Source of the DNA: Nitrospiria bacterium
GTDB lineage: Bacteria > Nitrospirota > Nitrospiria > JACQCE01
Reading direction: 5' to 3'
NCBI GenBank assembly: GCA_041491185.1
Contig: JBGPUQ010000001.1
Coordinates: forward strand, 1-33,876
DNA: 33,876 bases
The translations under genes were made by a program, and so were the position numbers. Numbering within the stretch: position 1 is the first letter of the stretch; each line of letters begins with the position of its first letter. The notes below the pieces were generated by a model. The model did not search any database and was not told the origin of the DNA. It saw only the letters and a list, made by a program, of their open reading frames with translations. This document shows, in pieces, positions 7,604-17,331 of the stretch.

Positions 7604-7632
7604 GTGACCGGTCGTTCAGGGTGTGATATACT
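7604..7632 (+). promoter_or_regulatory. Candidate sigma-70 promoter (extended -10) for the response-regulator leader
   Basis: GTGACC (-35), a 17-nt spacer containing TG at 7624-7625, then TATACT (-10, 7627-7632). This predicts a ~240-nt leader. Confidence 0.3.
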
Positions 7633-7651
7633 GCGGCGGATTAAGAGAGAA

Positions 7652-7686
7652 GGGTCCAGGGTCAAGGGGCAAGGGTCAAGGGTAAA
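7652..7686 (+). repeat. Tandem heptamer array (GGGTCAA)x5; G-quadruplex-type motif
   Basis: GGGTCCA GGGTCAA GGGGCAA GGGTCAA GGGTAAA: five G3-4 runs separated by 3-4 nt loops. No inverted partner nearby. Confidence 0.7.
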
Positions 7687-7691
7687 GCAAT

Positions 7692-7876
7692 ACAAAGCGT
7701 ATGGCGATGGGGGTGATCAGGGGGAGAGGAGCCATCTCCCCCTGATTAGAGCGAGTGCAACACACGAGCGGATCAGCAAAGGGCAAAGGAAGATGAACAA
7801 GCGTATGGCGATGGGGGTGATCAGGGGGAGAGGAGCATCTCCCCCTGATTAGAGCGAGTGCAACACACGAGCGGAT
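7692..7876 (+). repeat. Near-identical tandem duplication (82 nt and 80 nt copies, period 105 nt), ending exactly at the regulator start codon
   Basis: Copy 1 is 7692-7773 and copy 2 is 7797-7876. The sequence is ACA(A)AGCGTATGGCGATGGGGGTGATCAGGGGGAGAGGAGC(C)ATCTCCCCCTGATTAGAGCGAGTGCAACACACGAGCGGAT. The copies differ only by two 1-nt indels. Each carries the 12-bp inverted repeat ATCAGGGGGAGA/TCTCCCCCTGAT. Confidence 0.85.
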
Positions 7877-9241
7877 ATGATCAAGATTCTCATTGCCGAG
7901 GATAAAGAGAGCATGGCGAAGATGCTCATGCAGGCGCTGGCGGCGGCCGAGTACGAGACGGTCTGGGCCAAGGACGGCCGCGAGGCGATCCAGCAGCTCC
8001 GCGACGGCCGGTTCGATCTGGTCGTCACCGATTTGAAGCTGCCCTATAAAGACGGGCTCGCCGTGCTCGAGGCGGCGAAGGAATATTCGCCGAGAGCGCC
8101 GGTGATTCTGATGACGGCCTACGGGACGATCGAGACGGCGGTCAAAGCCGTGAAGGAAGGCGCCTACGATGTCCTCCCGAAACCCTTCGATCCCGATCAT
8201 CTCCTGCTCCTGATCGACAAATCGCTCGAGAAACAGCGGCTGGTGACCGAGAACGTCATCCTCCGGGAGGAGATGGCCAAGCACCTGAAGGTGCCGAACA
8301 TCATCGGCAAGAGCCCGGCCATGACCGCCAGCCTGGAGGAGCTGCAAAAGGTGGCGGCCAGCACCGCGACGGTCCTGTTGATGGGGGAGAGCGGCACGGG
8401 CAAGGAGCTCTTTGCCCGGGCGATCCATTACATCAGCCCGCGAAAGGAGGGACCGTTCGTCGCCATCAATTGCGCCGCCATCCCGCGCGACCTGCTGGAG
8501 AGCGAGCTGTTCGGCCACGAGAAGGGCGCGTTCACCGGCGCCGTGGGCCGACGGATGGGCAAGTTCGAACTGGCCGACCACGGGACGATCTTTCTCGACG
8601 AGATCGGCGAGATGGACCTGGGGTTGCAGTCGAAATTGCTGCGGGTGCTGGAAGATGATGAGATCACGCGCGTGGGCGGGACGGTCAAGTTCAAGGTCGA
8701 TGTGCGCGTGGTGGCGGCCAGCAACCGGAATTTGCAGTTGGCCGTCGCGCAGAAATTGTTTCGCGAGGATCTCTACTATCGACTGAGCGTCTTTCCCATC
8801 ACGATTCCCCCGTTGCGCGAGCGCAAAGAGGATATTCTGGTGCTGGCCGACCATTTTCTCGATGTCTATTGCCGGGAGCTGAAAAAACCGTTCAAGCAGC
8901 TGACGCCGCCGGCCCGGACGGCGCTCCAACAGCATGGCTGGCCGGGCAATGTCCGTGAGCTGCAGAATTGCATCGAGCGGGCGATCATCCTCTCCGAGGG
9001 GGAGGCGATCGGGCCGGAGCTGTTGAGCTTGCGAACCCGCGAAGCCGCCGCCGGCGCGGCCGCCCTGCCGACCGAGGGCTCGCTGCACGACGTGAGCGCA
9101 GCGGCCAGCCGGCAGGCGGAGACCCGGTTGATCCAAAAGGTGTTGAAAGAGACGAATGGCAATAAGAGCCGGGCGGCCGAAATCCTCCAGGTCAGTTACA
9201 AGACGCTCCTGACAAAGGTCAAGGATTATGGGATTGACTGA
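7877..9241 (+). CDS. Sigma-54-dependent response regulator (REC + AAA+ + Fis-type HTH; NtrC/PilR class)
   Basis: REC domain with DLVVTDLKLP. Walker A GESGTGKE. GAFTGA motif (EKGAFTGA). Walker B IFLDEIGE. C-terminal HTH GNKSRAAEILQVSYKTLLTKVKDYGI. Confidence 0.92.
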   Translation: MIKILIAEDKESMAKMLMQALAAAEYETVWAKDGREAIQQLRDGRFDLVVTDLKLPYKDGLAVLEAAKEYSPRAPVILMTAYGTIETAVKAVKEGAYDVLPKPFDPDHLLLLIDKSLEKQRLVTENVILREEMAKHLKVPNIIGKSPAMTASLEELQKVAASTATVLLMGESGTGKELFARAIHYISPRKEGPFVAINCAAIPRDLLESELFGHEKGAFTGAVGRRMGKFELADHGTIFLDEIGEMDLGLQSKLLRVLEDDEITRVGGTVKFKVDVRVVAASNRNLQLAVAQKLFREDLYYRLSVFPITIPPLRERKEDILVLADHFLDVYCRELKKPFKQLTPPARTALQQHGWPGNVRELQNCIERAIILSEGEAIGPELLSLRTREAAAGAAALPTEGSLHDVSAAASRQAETRLIQKVLKETNGNKSRAAEILQVSYKTLLTKVKDYGID

Positions 9242-9246
9242 GTAAA

Positions 9247-9318
9247 TTTTCGAATGCCGATTTTCGAATTTCGAATGAACATCATTCCCATTCGACACTC
9301 GACACTCGTCATTCGACA
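9247..9318. repeat. Inverted arrays of tandem heptamers (T[G/T]NCGAA x4 / [T/C]TCGNCA x4) directly after the regulator stop codon
   Basis: Left array TTTCGAA TGCCGAT TTTCGAA TTTCGAA (9247-9274). Right array TTCGACA CTCGACA CTCGTCA TTCGACA (9291-9318). The innermost and outermost units pair perfectly. Same heptamer family as 18833-18927. Confidence 0.7.
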
Positions 9319-9332
9319 TTGGTGAGGTGTTC

Positions 9333-11559
<2,227 letters not shown>

Positions 11560-11564
<5 letters not shown>

Positions 11565-11588
11565 ACGATCGTTCAGGTCTTTGTTTTT
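11560..11588 (+). terminator. Candidate intrinsic terminator overlapping the activator stop codon
   Basis: CCTGAAC-GATC-GTTCAGG (an 18-bp perfect palindrome, 11560-11577) followed by TCTTTGTTTTT. Confidence 0.5.
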
Positions 11589-11706
11589 CCTACCCTGACC
11601 ATCCCCTGATAATTTTTCTTCCAAGTCTCTTGATTCCACAATAGAAATGCATCCGCCGCGCGGGCGGGTCTGTGGTCTGGCATGAAGTTTGTGTATGGTT
11701 CTGTGC

Positions 11707-12267
11707 ATGTGCCGCTTCAGCCGTCAATGCCATGAAGGTCGGAAAGAGCGCGGATTCACCCTGATCGAAACGGTGTCGGTGCTGGCGGTCATCGCGCTGG
11801 TGATGCTCATCGCCTGGCCGTCGGTTGACGGATTGATCTCGCGGTGGGCGCTGCGGATCTCCACCACGACATTGATCCAAACGCTGCGGGCGACCCGTCA
11901 GCAGGCGATGCTGGAGGGACGCGCCTACCAGATCATCTTTGACACGACCGATCACGTCTACACGATTACCGGAGGAGGCCGGCCCCGTTCGATCCGGTTG
12001 CATGGACGGGTTCGGTTCGGCGCGGCCACGGATGTGCTGGGCCCGCCGAGTCAGCCGACCACTCCGCCGCCGACCGGCGGCGTCAGCTTTCGCCGCGAAC
12101 AGCTGGTGTTTCTCCCCGATGGCACGCTGAGTCCGGGACCGGGGACGATTTATCTGGTCAACCGGAGCGGGATGATTGCGGGCAACGCCACGCTGGCGAT
12201 CAGCGTGAGCATCGCGGGTCACCTTCGGCGTTACGAGTGGGAGGGCCGACGATGGCGGGTGATGTGA
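11707..12267 (+). CDS. Minor (pseudo)pilin, FimT/GspH-like
   Basis: Prepilin signature MCRFSRQCHEGRKERG|FTLIETVSVLAVIALVMLIAWP (cleavage after G, Glu at +5). No in-frame start lies closer to the GFTLIE motif. Confidence 0.8.
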   Translation: MCRFSRQCHEGRKERGFTLIETVSVLAVIALVMLIAWPSVDGLISRWALRISTTTLIQTLRATRQQAMLEGRAYQIIFDTTDHVYTITGGGRPRSIRLHGRVRFGAATDVLGPPSQPTTPPPTGGVSFRREQLVFLPDGTLSPGPGTIYLVNRSGMIAGNATLAISVSIAGHLRRYEWEGRRWRVM

Positions 12268-12269
12268 TC

Positions 12270-12776
12270 ATGTCGCGTGACCGTGTCGACGGAGAGTATC
12301 AAGGTACCTCCGATGGGGGGCTCGGGGGGAGAAGCGGAATCTCCCCCCGAAACCAATGTGGCTTCAGTCTCATCGAGGCGATGATCGCGATGGTCATATT
12401 GACCGTGGGTTGTCTGGCCGTTGTGGGAATGTTCGTGATCGCCGATCGGGCGGCGGCGCACTCGGCAAAATGGGATCAGGCCGCGGTGCTGGCGCGCCAG
12501 CTCATGGAGTGGAAGCGGGCGCTGCCCTTTGATCAATTACGGCAGGATGACCGAGACGGCGATGGCGTCGCGGACGGCGAGATGGGGCCGGCGGCCGGCG
12601 ACCGCTTCATGAGTGAAGATGACCCCGGCGCATTCCATCGGCAATGGGAGCTTCGGCTGGATCACCCTGCCGCGGGGTTGGCGACCGTCTCGGTGATGAT
12701 TGATTGGCAGGATGGCGGCCGCCCCCAGCGATTTGCCCTGGGCATGGTCCGGGCGGATCCCCGAGCGGGTTCTTGA
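12270..12776 (+). CDS. Minor (pseudo)pilin, PilV/GspI-like, with unusually long 31-aa leader
   Basis: MSRDRVDGEYQGTSDGGLGGRSGISPRNQCG|FSLIEAMIAMVILTVG. The ATG at 12270 follows the upstream stop (12265-12267). There is no ATG/GTG/TTG in frame between 12270 and the GFSLIE motif. Confidence 0.75.
   Translation: MSRDRVDGEYQGTSDGGLGGRSGISPRNQCGFSLIEAMIAMVILTVGCLAVVGMFVIADRAAAHSAKWDQAAVLARQLMEWKRALPFDQLRQDDRDGDGVADGEMGPAAGDRFMSEDDPGAFHRQWELRLDHPAAGLATVSVMIDWQDGGRPQRFALGMVRADPRAGS
12312..12350 (+). repeat. Palindromic element, family 2 (GATGGGGG...GGGGGAGA-loop-TCTCCCCC), copy inside the pilV leader-coding region
   Basis: GATGGGGGGCTCGGGGGGAGAAGCGGAATCTCCCCCCGA. It aligns with 7706-7752, 7810-7855 and the reverse complement of 17570-17618. 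Confidence 0.65.
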
Positions 12777-12792
12777 TGAAGGAGGCACGCGG

Positions 12793-13608
12793 ATGAAGAC
12801 GACCGATGACCAGGCGGGAATCACCTTCATCGAAGTGATGATCAGCCTGGGGATTATGAGCGTCACCGCCATGGCAGCCGTCGAGTTGTTGGCGGACCAT
12901 ATTCATCATCTCTCCAGGCAAGAGGCCGCGGTGGAGCGACGGCAGGAGGGGCGGGCGGCGCTGGCCGTGCTGGTGCGCGAGCTGAGCGCGGCCGGTTTTC
13001 CCTCCGCGCCCGATCCGCTCTGCCATGCCATGGTCGACGGCATCGAGGTGGGTCCGTCCTCCGTGCGATTTCTGGCCAATCTCTACGGTGTGGCGACCGC
13101 GCTGACGGCGCCGGCCGCGGCCGGCGACACGGCGGTGCAGATTCCCGATAACGCGCGGATCAATCTCGACGGATTATCGGTCAGTCCGGGGTCGGCGTTT
13201 GCGCCCAATGATGCGGTCTATCTCTATGATCCGGGGCGGGCGGAGGTGGCGGATGATGATCGGGTGGAGTGTCATCGGCTTGATCGGGCCGGGCGCTCGG
13301 GGCTGATTCCGCTTGCCGCCGGCGATCGGATCCGCCGGCCGTTTCCCTCCGGCGCCAGACTGCAGGTGGTGAATCTGGTGCAGTACGCTTACGCGCCGTC
13401 GACGCGCCAGTTGATCCGAACGGTCGACGGGGGCGCGCAATCGGTCGCCGATCAGGTGGCCTCGGCCGAGTTCGGGCTTCGGGAGGGCCGGATGACCGCG
13501 AAGATTATTTTGGATTCCAGGCCGTCGCTCGATGGACATTCAACCGCGGGCGCCGTGTGGCAGACGTTGGTGGCCATGCGGAATTATTCAGCCAACGATA
13601 GAGAATGA
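12793..13608 (+). CDS. Minor (pseudo)pilin, PilW/GspJ-like
   Basis: MKTTDDQAG|ITFIEVMISLGIMSVTAMAAV (degenerate prepilin motif). RBS AAGGAGG at 12778-12784. Its position in the operon fits. Confidence 0.7.
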   Translation: MKTTDDQAGITFIEVMISLGIMSVTAMAAVELLADHIHHLSRQEAAVERRQEGRAALAVLVRELSAAGFPSAPDPLCHAMVDGIEVGPSSVRFLANLYGVATALTAPAAAGDTAVQIPDNARINLDGLSVSPGSAFAPNDAVYLYDPGRAEVADDDRVECHRLDRAGRSGLIPLAAGDRIRRPFPSGARLQVVNLVQYAYAPSTRQLIRTVDGGAQSVADQVASAEFGLREGRMTAKIILDSRPSLDGHSTAGAVWQTLVAMRNYSANDRE

Positions 13609-13612
13609 ACAG

Positions 13613-14848
13613 ATGAAAAAAACCATACCTGAAAAAGGCAGCGCGTTGGTCGTCGTGATGCTGGTGCTGGTGTTGTTGACGCTGCTCGGCAGCGCCGCGG
13701 TGGAGATGGCTCAGAATGATCTGGAGCAAGGGCGCATCCAGGTGCAGCAACTTCGGACAACCTACCTCGCCGAATCGGGGATCGAGCTGGCGATCGGTTG
13801 GTTCTCGCGGCCGGAACAATTTGCCGGGGGAATGCATCAATCACCGACTGCCTGTCGATCCGCGACCACTGCGGCCGAACTCTTTATCAAGCGATGCCGC
13901 CGAAATGTTGGAATAGGCGGCGGCCGGGCCGGTTTCTCGACTGACGGGGGAGCCAGTCAATTTCAGGGAACGCGGGAACGGCCCGACGGGCTGGTGACCG
14001 TGCCGGCGGAATGGCTTCTTCCCGAGGTGGAAAACGTTTCAGCGGGTGCAACGGTGGAGGTCCGGCTGTTCAGGCCAAAGACGGCCGGAGCCGTCTGCAC
14101 GATCGAGTCGACCGCCCGCACGACCGGCGGGGCGACACAGATCATCCAGATGGAACTCTACGAAGTGATGACGCCGGTCTTGACCGCCGCGGCCGGGGCG
14201 GGAACGGCGGAATCGTCGGCCGGGCCGGTCCGAGTGCATTGGGGCGCGCTCCGGTACGCGGACGACGGGCCGAATGATCAGGAGAGCTGGCTCTATCGTG
14301 AACTGAAACGATTGGCCCGTCGGTACGGTCGCTATTACACGACCGATGGGCAGGGACGACTGTACCGGGACGGCGTCGGGAGCCCGCTCATGGTTGATGA
14401 GCTGTTCTCAGATGATGGCGCCGCTTCCGGCGTCTCTCCAGTCATCTTCATTGATACGCTGGATGGACAACCGCCACGATCAGGCGTGAACAGCAATCTG
14501 GCCACGCTGACGCTGCATGGTCCGACGCACGACCTGGTGGCGTACATCGGGGGCCATCTGGTCGTCTCGCCGTCAGGCGGGAGGCAGACGCGCATGGTGC
14601 CATCGCCCGTGGCGGACGCGGGGATGGTGGAGCTGACCGATCTCACATTTTCCGGCGGGTTCTACATCGCCGGTCAACTCACCGTTGAACAGGAGAGTCG
14701 ACTCTTCGGCGCCGTCTACGCGGCGGAGGGGTTTGACGGCGCCCAACCGCTGGAGGTCTGGTATGACTCTCTGCTCGGCCGGGGAACAATTCCCGGCTGG
14801 CCGGTGGTGGCGCCGCTGCCGGGGAGCTGGCAGATGGTCTCATCCTGA
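13613..14848 (+). CDS. PilX-N / GspK-like minor pilin-associated protein
   Basis: MKKTIPEKGSALVVVMLVLVLLTLLGSAAVEMAQND matches the PilX_N/GspK-type N-terminus (xGxALxxxLxxLxxLTxLG). It is the fourth gene of the operon and starts 5 nt after the previous stop. Confidence 0.7.
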   Translation: MKKTIPEKGSALVVVMLVLVLLTLLGSAAVEMAQNDLEQGRIQVQQLRTTYLAESGIELAIGWFSRPEQFAGGMHQSPTACRSATTAAELFIKRCRRNVGIGGGRAGFSTDGGASQFQGTRERPDGLVTVPAEWLLPEVENVSAGATVEVRLFRPKTAGAVCTIESTARTTGGATQIIQMELYEVMTPVLTAAAGAGTAESSAGPVRVHWGALRYADDGPNDQESWLYRELKRLARRYGRYYTTDGQGRLYRDGVGSPLMVDELFSDDGAASGVSPVIFIDTLDGQPPRSGVNSNLATLTLHGPTHDLVAYIGGHLVVSPSGGRQTRMVPSPVADAGMVELTDLTFSGGFYIAGQLTVEQESRLFGAVYAAEGFDGAQPLEVWYDSLLGRGTIPGWPVVAPLPGSWQMVSS

Positions 14849-14922
14849 GTTCTCTCGATTAAAAATCATGGCGGAATGGCGAACTGACCGACAACCTTGG
14901 AAAAGATGAGCGGTTTCTCGTC

Positions 14923-14940
14923 TATGTAGTTGGTTACATA
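14923..14940. promoter_or_regulatory. Dyad TATGTA-N6-TACATA, candidate enhancer (UAS) for the downstream sigma-54 promoter
   Basis: Perfect 6-bp arms at 14923-14928 and 14935-14940, about 100 nt upstream of the -24/-12 element, in an AT-richer intergenic region. Confidence 0.3.
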
Positions 14941-15031
14941 TTGTTGGGGTTCTTGGTATCTATTTCTCCTGACGGCCGTTGGGGCCTCATCTGTAAGTTG
15001 CGGTGAAATAAGGCGGTTTTGATCTTGGTTT

Positions 15032-15047
15032 TGGCACGGTGGTTGCT
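15032..15047 (+). promoter_or_regulatory. Sigma-54 (-24/-12) promoter
   Basis: TGGCACGGTGGTTGCT is a perfect match to TGGCAC-N5-TTGC(T/A). It lies about 95 nt upstream of the ATG at 15141. Confidence 0.7.
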
Positions 15048-15140
15048 TCCTTATAATAAGTGGATAGAACTCTGTGGCCATCATCCTAGGCCGGATTACG
15101 GGTTCAAGAGGCTGCCGGAGCGGGGACAAGGTCGGACAAA

Positions 15141-16178
15141 ATGGCACAAAAAATCGGACAGGCATTGATCCAGGAAAAAAAGCTGACCGAGCGGCAACTG
15201 GCCATCGCGCTCCAGCGGCAAGTGACGCTCGGTGGCCGGCTGGGGACCAATCTGGTCGAACTGGGTTTTCTCACCGACACGGAATTAACCCAGGCCCTTG
15301 GCCGGCATCTCAAGATGACGCCGGCACAGCCCGAGATCTTCGATAGCATCCCCCTGGAGGTGATCCATCTCGTGCCTCAGGAATTGGCCCAGAAATATAC
15401 GATGGTTCCCTTTCGCAAAGAGGGACGCACGCTGTGTATTGCCATGGCTGATCCATCGGAATTGGCGGCCCTGGATGAGCTGACGTTTGTCATCGGTTGT
15501 ACGGTTCAGCCCTTTCTGGCTTCGGAGTCGAAGATCCATGCCGCGTTGGAAACATATTACGGCCTGGCCCGACCGCGCCGCTATGTGTCGCTCGTCGCGT
15601 CAACGGCCGCGGGGTCGGGCACGGGTTCGGATGGCGCCGTCGAGGATGATGAGACCGAACAGACGCTCCCCACGATTGAAAATTTCGAACACGGTCTCAA
15701 GCCGTCGTATGAAGAGCTGGTGCATGCCAACCAGCGTGATGAGATCGTCGCCGTTCTCCTGAGGGAATTTTCCCGGGTGGCCGACCACGTGCTCTTTTTT
15801 GCCGTGGCGGAGGCGCGCGTGATCGGGCTGATGGCCCGCGGAGGCGGCTATGCGATGGACGACTTCCTCGGTATGGAGATTCGATTGGACCAGAGCCCGC
15901 TGCTTCGCCAGGCGGTGGAGAAGCAAGAGCCGGTCATCCAGCTCTTTGCCCCGGAGGCGCTGGGCAGCGGGCTGACCGATCTGCTTCGCCGGTATCAGCC
16001 CCGCCAGATCGCCGCGTTCCCGTTGATGGCCGCCGGCCAGGTGGTGGGGATCTTCTATGCCGATAAACAACAGGTGACCGGAGCCTTTCCCTATGTCGAT
16101 CTGCTTCAGCAATTGACGGCGAAGGGCGGCATGATGATGGAGGTTCTGATCCTGAAAAAGAAAATCCTTGAGCTCTAG
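15141..16178 (+). CDS. MshEN (T2SSE_N) domain protein with GAF-like C-terminal half; predicted c-di-GMP receptor, no ATPase domain
   Basis: Residues 4-27 are KIGQALIQEKKLTERQLAIALQRQ, followed by the 5-aa spacer VTLGG. Residues 33-56 are RLGTNLVELGFLTDTELTQALGRH. This is the tandem 24-residue MshEN motif RLGxx(L/V/I)(L/V/I)xxG(L/V/I)(L/V/I)xxxxLxxxLxxQ. The rest of the GspE-N fold follows (VPQELAQKYTMVPFRKEGRTLCIAMADP). The C-terminal ~170 aa look GAF-like (IAAFPLMAAGQVVGIFYADK). Confidence 0.8.
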   Translation: MAQKIGQALIQEKKLTERQLAIALQRQVTLGGRLGTNLVELGFLTDTELTQALGRHLKMTPAQPEIFDSIPLEVIHLVPQELAQKYTMVPFRKEGRTLCIAMADPSELAALDELTFVIGCTVQPFLASESKIHAALETYYGLARPRRYVSLVASTAAGSGTGSDGAVEDDETEQTLPTIENFEHGLKPSYEELVHANQRDEIVAVLLREFSRVADHVLFFAVAEARVIGLMARGGGYAMDDFLGMEIRLDQSPLLRQAVEKQEPVIQLFAPEALGSGLTDLLRRYQPRQIAAFPLMAAGQVVGIFYADKQQVTGAFPYVDLLQQLTAKGGMMMEVLILKKKILEL

Positions 16179-16281
16179 CCCGCGTCGACGATCGCTTGTG
16201 CACATCCATCCCCCCATGCTATATTACCAATGAAGTGTCACTCTCCCTCCACCCAGTGCCGCGCCTCCGCCTGCCTGCTGT

Positions 16282-17331
16282 ATGAAACGATTCGCCACGG
16301 TCAACGTCCGCCTGCCCGACGATCTTGAGCTTTCCCGGCTCTTTGGCAGCTACGACCAGCATCTCAAAGTGATGGAGCGGATGCTCGGGGTCTCGATTCG
16401 CGCCCGAGGCCGCGAATTGCAGATCAAGGGCCGGTCGGCGGCGCTGGAGACGGCCAAATCCGTCGTGCATGAGCTCGGTCATCGGTTGCGACTGGATGGC
16501 CGGCTGTCGCTGCAGGATGTCGTGCTGGTGATCCAGCGATGCGGGCTGCCGCGCGATCACGAGCCCGTCCGGTCATCGACGGGGGAGCGGTCGAAGGAGT
16601 CGTCGCCGGCCCGCCGCGGCGGGCCGGACCATGAGGCTGGCGAGGGACCGTCGATCCCGACCAAAAAGCTGTTGCTGACGCCGAAGACGGCGGCCCAACG
16701 CCACTACATCGAGGCGCTCAAGAAACACGATATCGTGATCGGCATCGGGCCGGCCGGAACGGGGAAAACCTATCTGGCGATGGGCATGGCGGTCGCCGCG
16801 CTGATGAGCCGGGAGGTGAGCCGGATCATTCTGACCCGTCCGGCGGTGGAGGCGGGCGAGCGGCTGGGGTTTTTGCCGGGCGACCTCTATGCGAAGGTGA
16901 ACCCCTTTGTCCGGCCGCTCTATGATGCGCTCTTTGACATGATGGAGGTGGAGCAGGTCAACCGGTTGATGGAGCACGGGGAGATCGAGATTGTCCCGCT
17001 GGCCTACATGCGCGGCCGCACGCTCAACGATGCGTTCATCATTCTCGATGAAGCCCAGAACGCCACGTCCGAGCAGATGAAGATGTTTCTCACCCGGATG
17101 GGCTTTCGCTCCAAGGTGGTCGTGACGGGGGATGTGACGCAGGTCGATTTGCCAAGGGAGCGGGCCTCCGGCCTGATCGAGGTGCAGACGATTCTCACCG
17201 GGGTTCCCGGCATCACGTTCGTCTATTTTACCGAACGCGATATTGTCCGCCATCCCTTGTTGCAAGAGATCATCCTCGCCTATGAGCGGCACGCGGCGAA
17301 AAAGGGGAAACGGGTCAAGGGTGAGAGGTGA
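16282..17331 (+). CDS. phoH: PhoH-family ATPase (PhoH/YbeZ) with N-terminal KH-like region
   Basis: Walker A GIGPAGTGKTYLAM, Walker B AFIILDEAQN, and GDVTQVDLP. Confidence 0.9.
   Translation: MKRFATVNVRLPDDLELSRLFGSYDQHLKVMERMLGVSIRARGRELQIKGRSAALETAKSVVHELGHRLRLDGRLSLQDVVLVIQRCGLPRDHEPVRSSTGERSKESSPARRGGPDHEAGEGPSIPTKKLLLTPKTAAQRHYIEALKKHDIVIGIGPAGTGKTYLAMGMAVAALMSREVSRIILTRPAVEAGERLGFLPGDLYAKVNPFVRPLYDALFDMMEVEQVNRLMEHGEIEIVPLAYMRGRTLNDAFIILDEAQNATSEQMKMFLTRMGFRSKVVVTGDVTQVDLPRERASGLIEVQTILTGVPGITFVYFTERDIVRHPLLQEIILAYERHAAKKGKRVKGER

Noticed and set aside
7692-7876. Possibility that the repeats form a CRISPR array or encode leader peptides (14-aa and 19-aa uORFs).
   Set aside because: There are only two copies of ~81 nt with a 23-nt spacer, which is not CRISPR-like geometry. 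The single-base indels between copies change the uORF frames and products, so coding is unlikely.
11678-11692. Sigma-54-like element TGGCATGAAGTTTGT upstream of the minor pilin operon.
   Set aside because: The spacing is right, but the -12 dinucleotide is GT instead of the nearly invariant GC. The predicted TSS (~11703) would leave only ~4 nt before the only usable start codon (11707). Kept as a weak possibility only.
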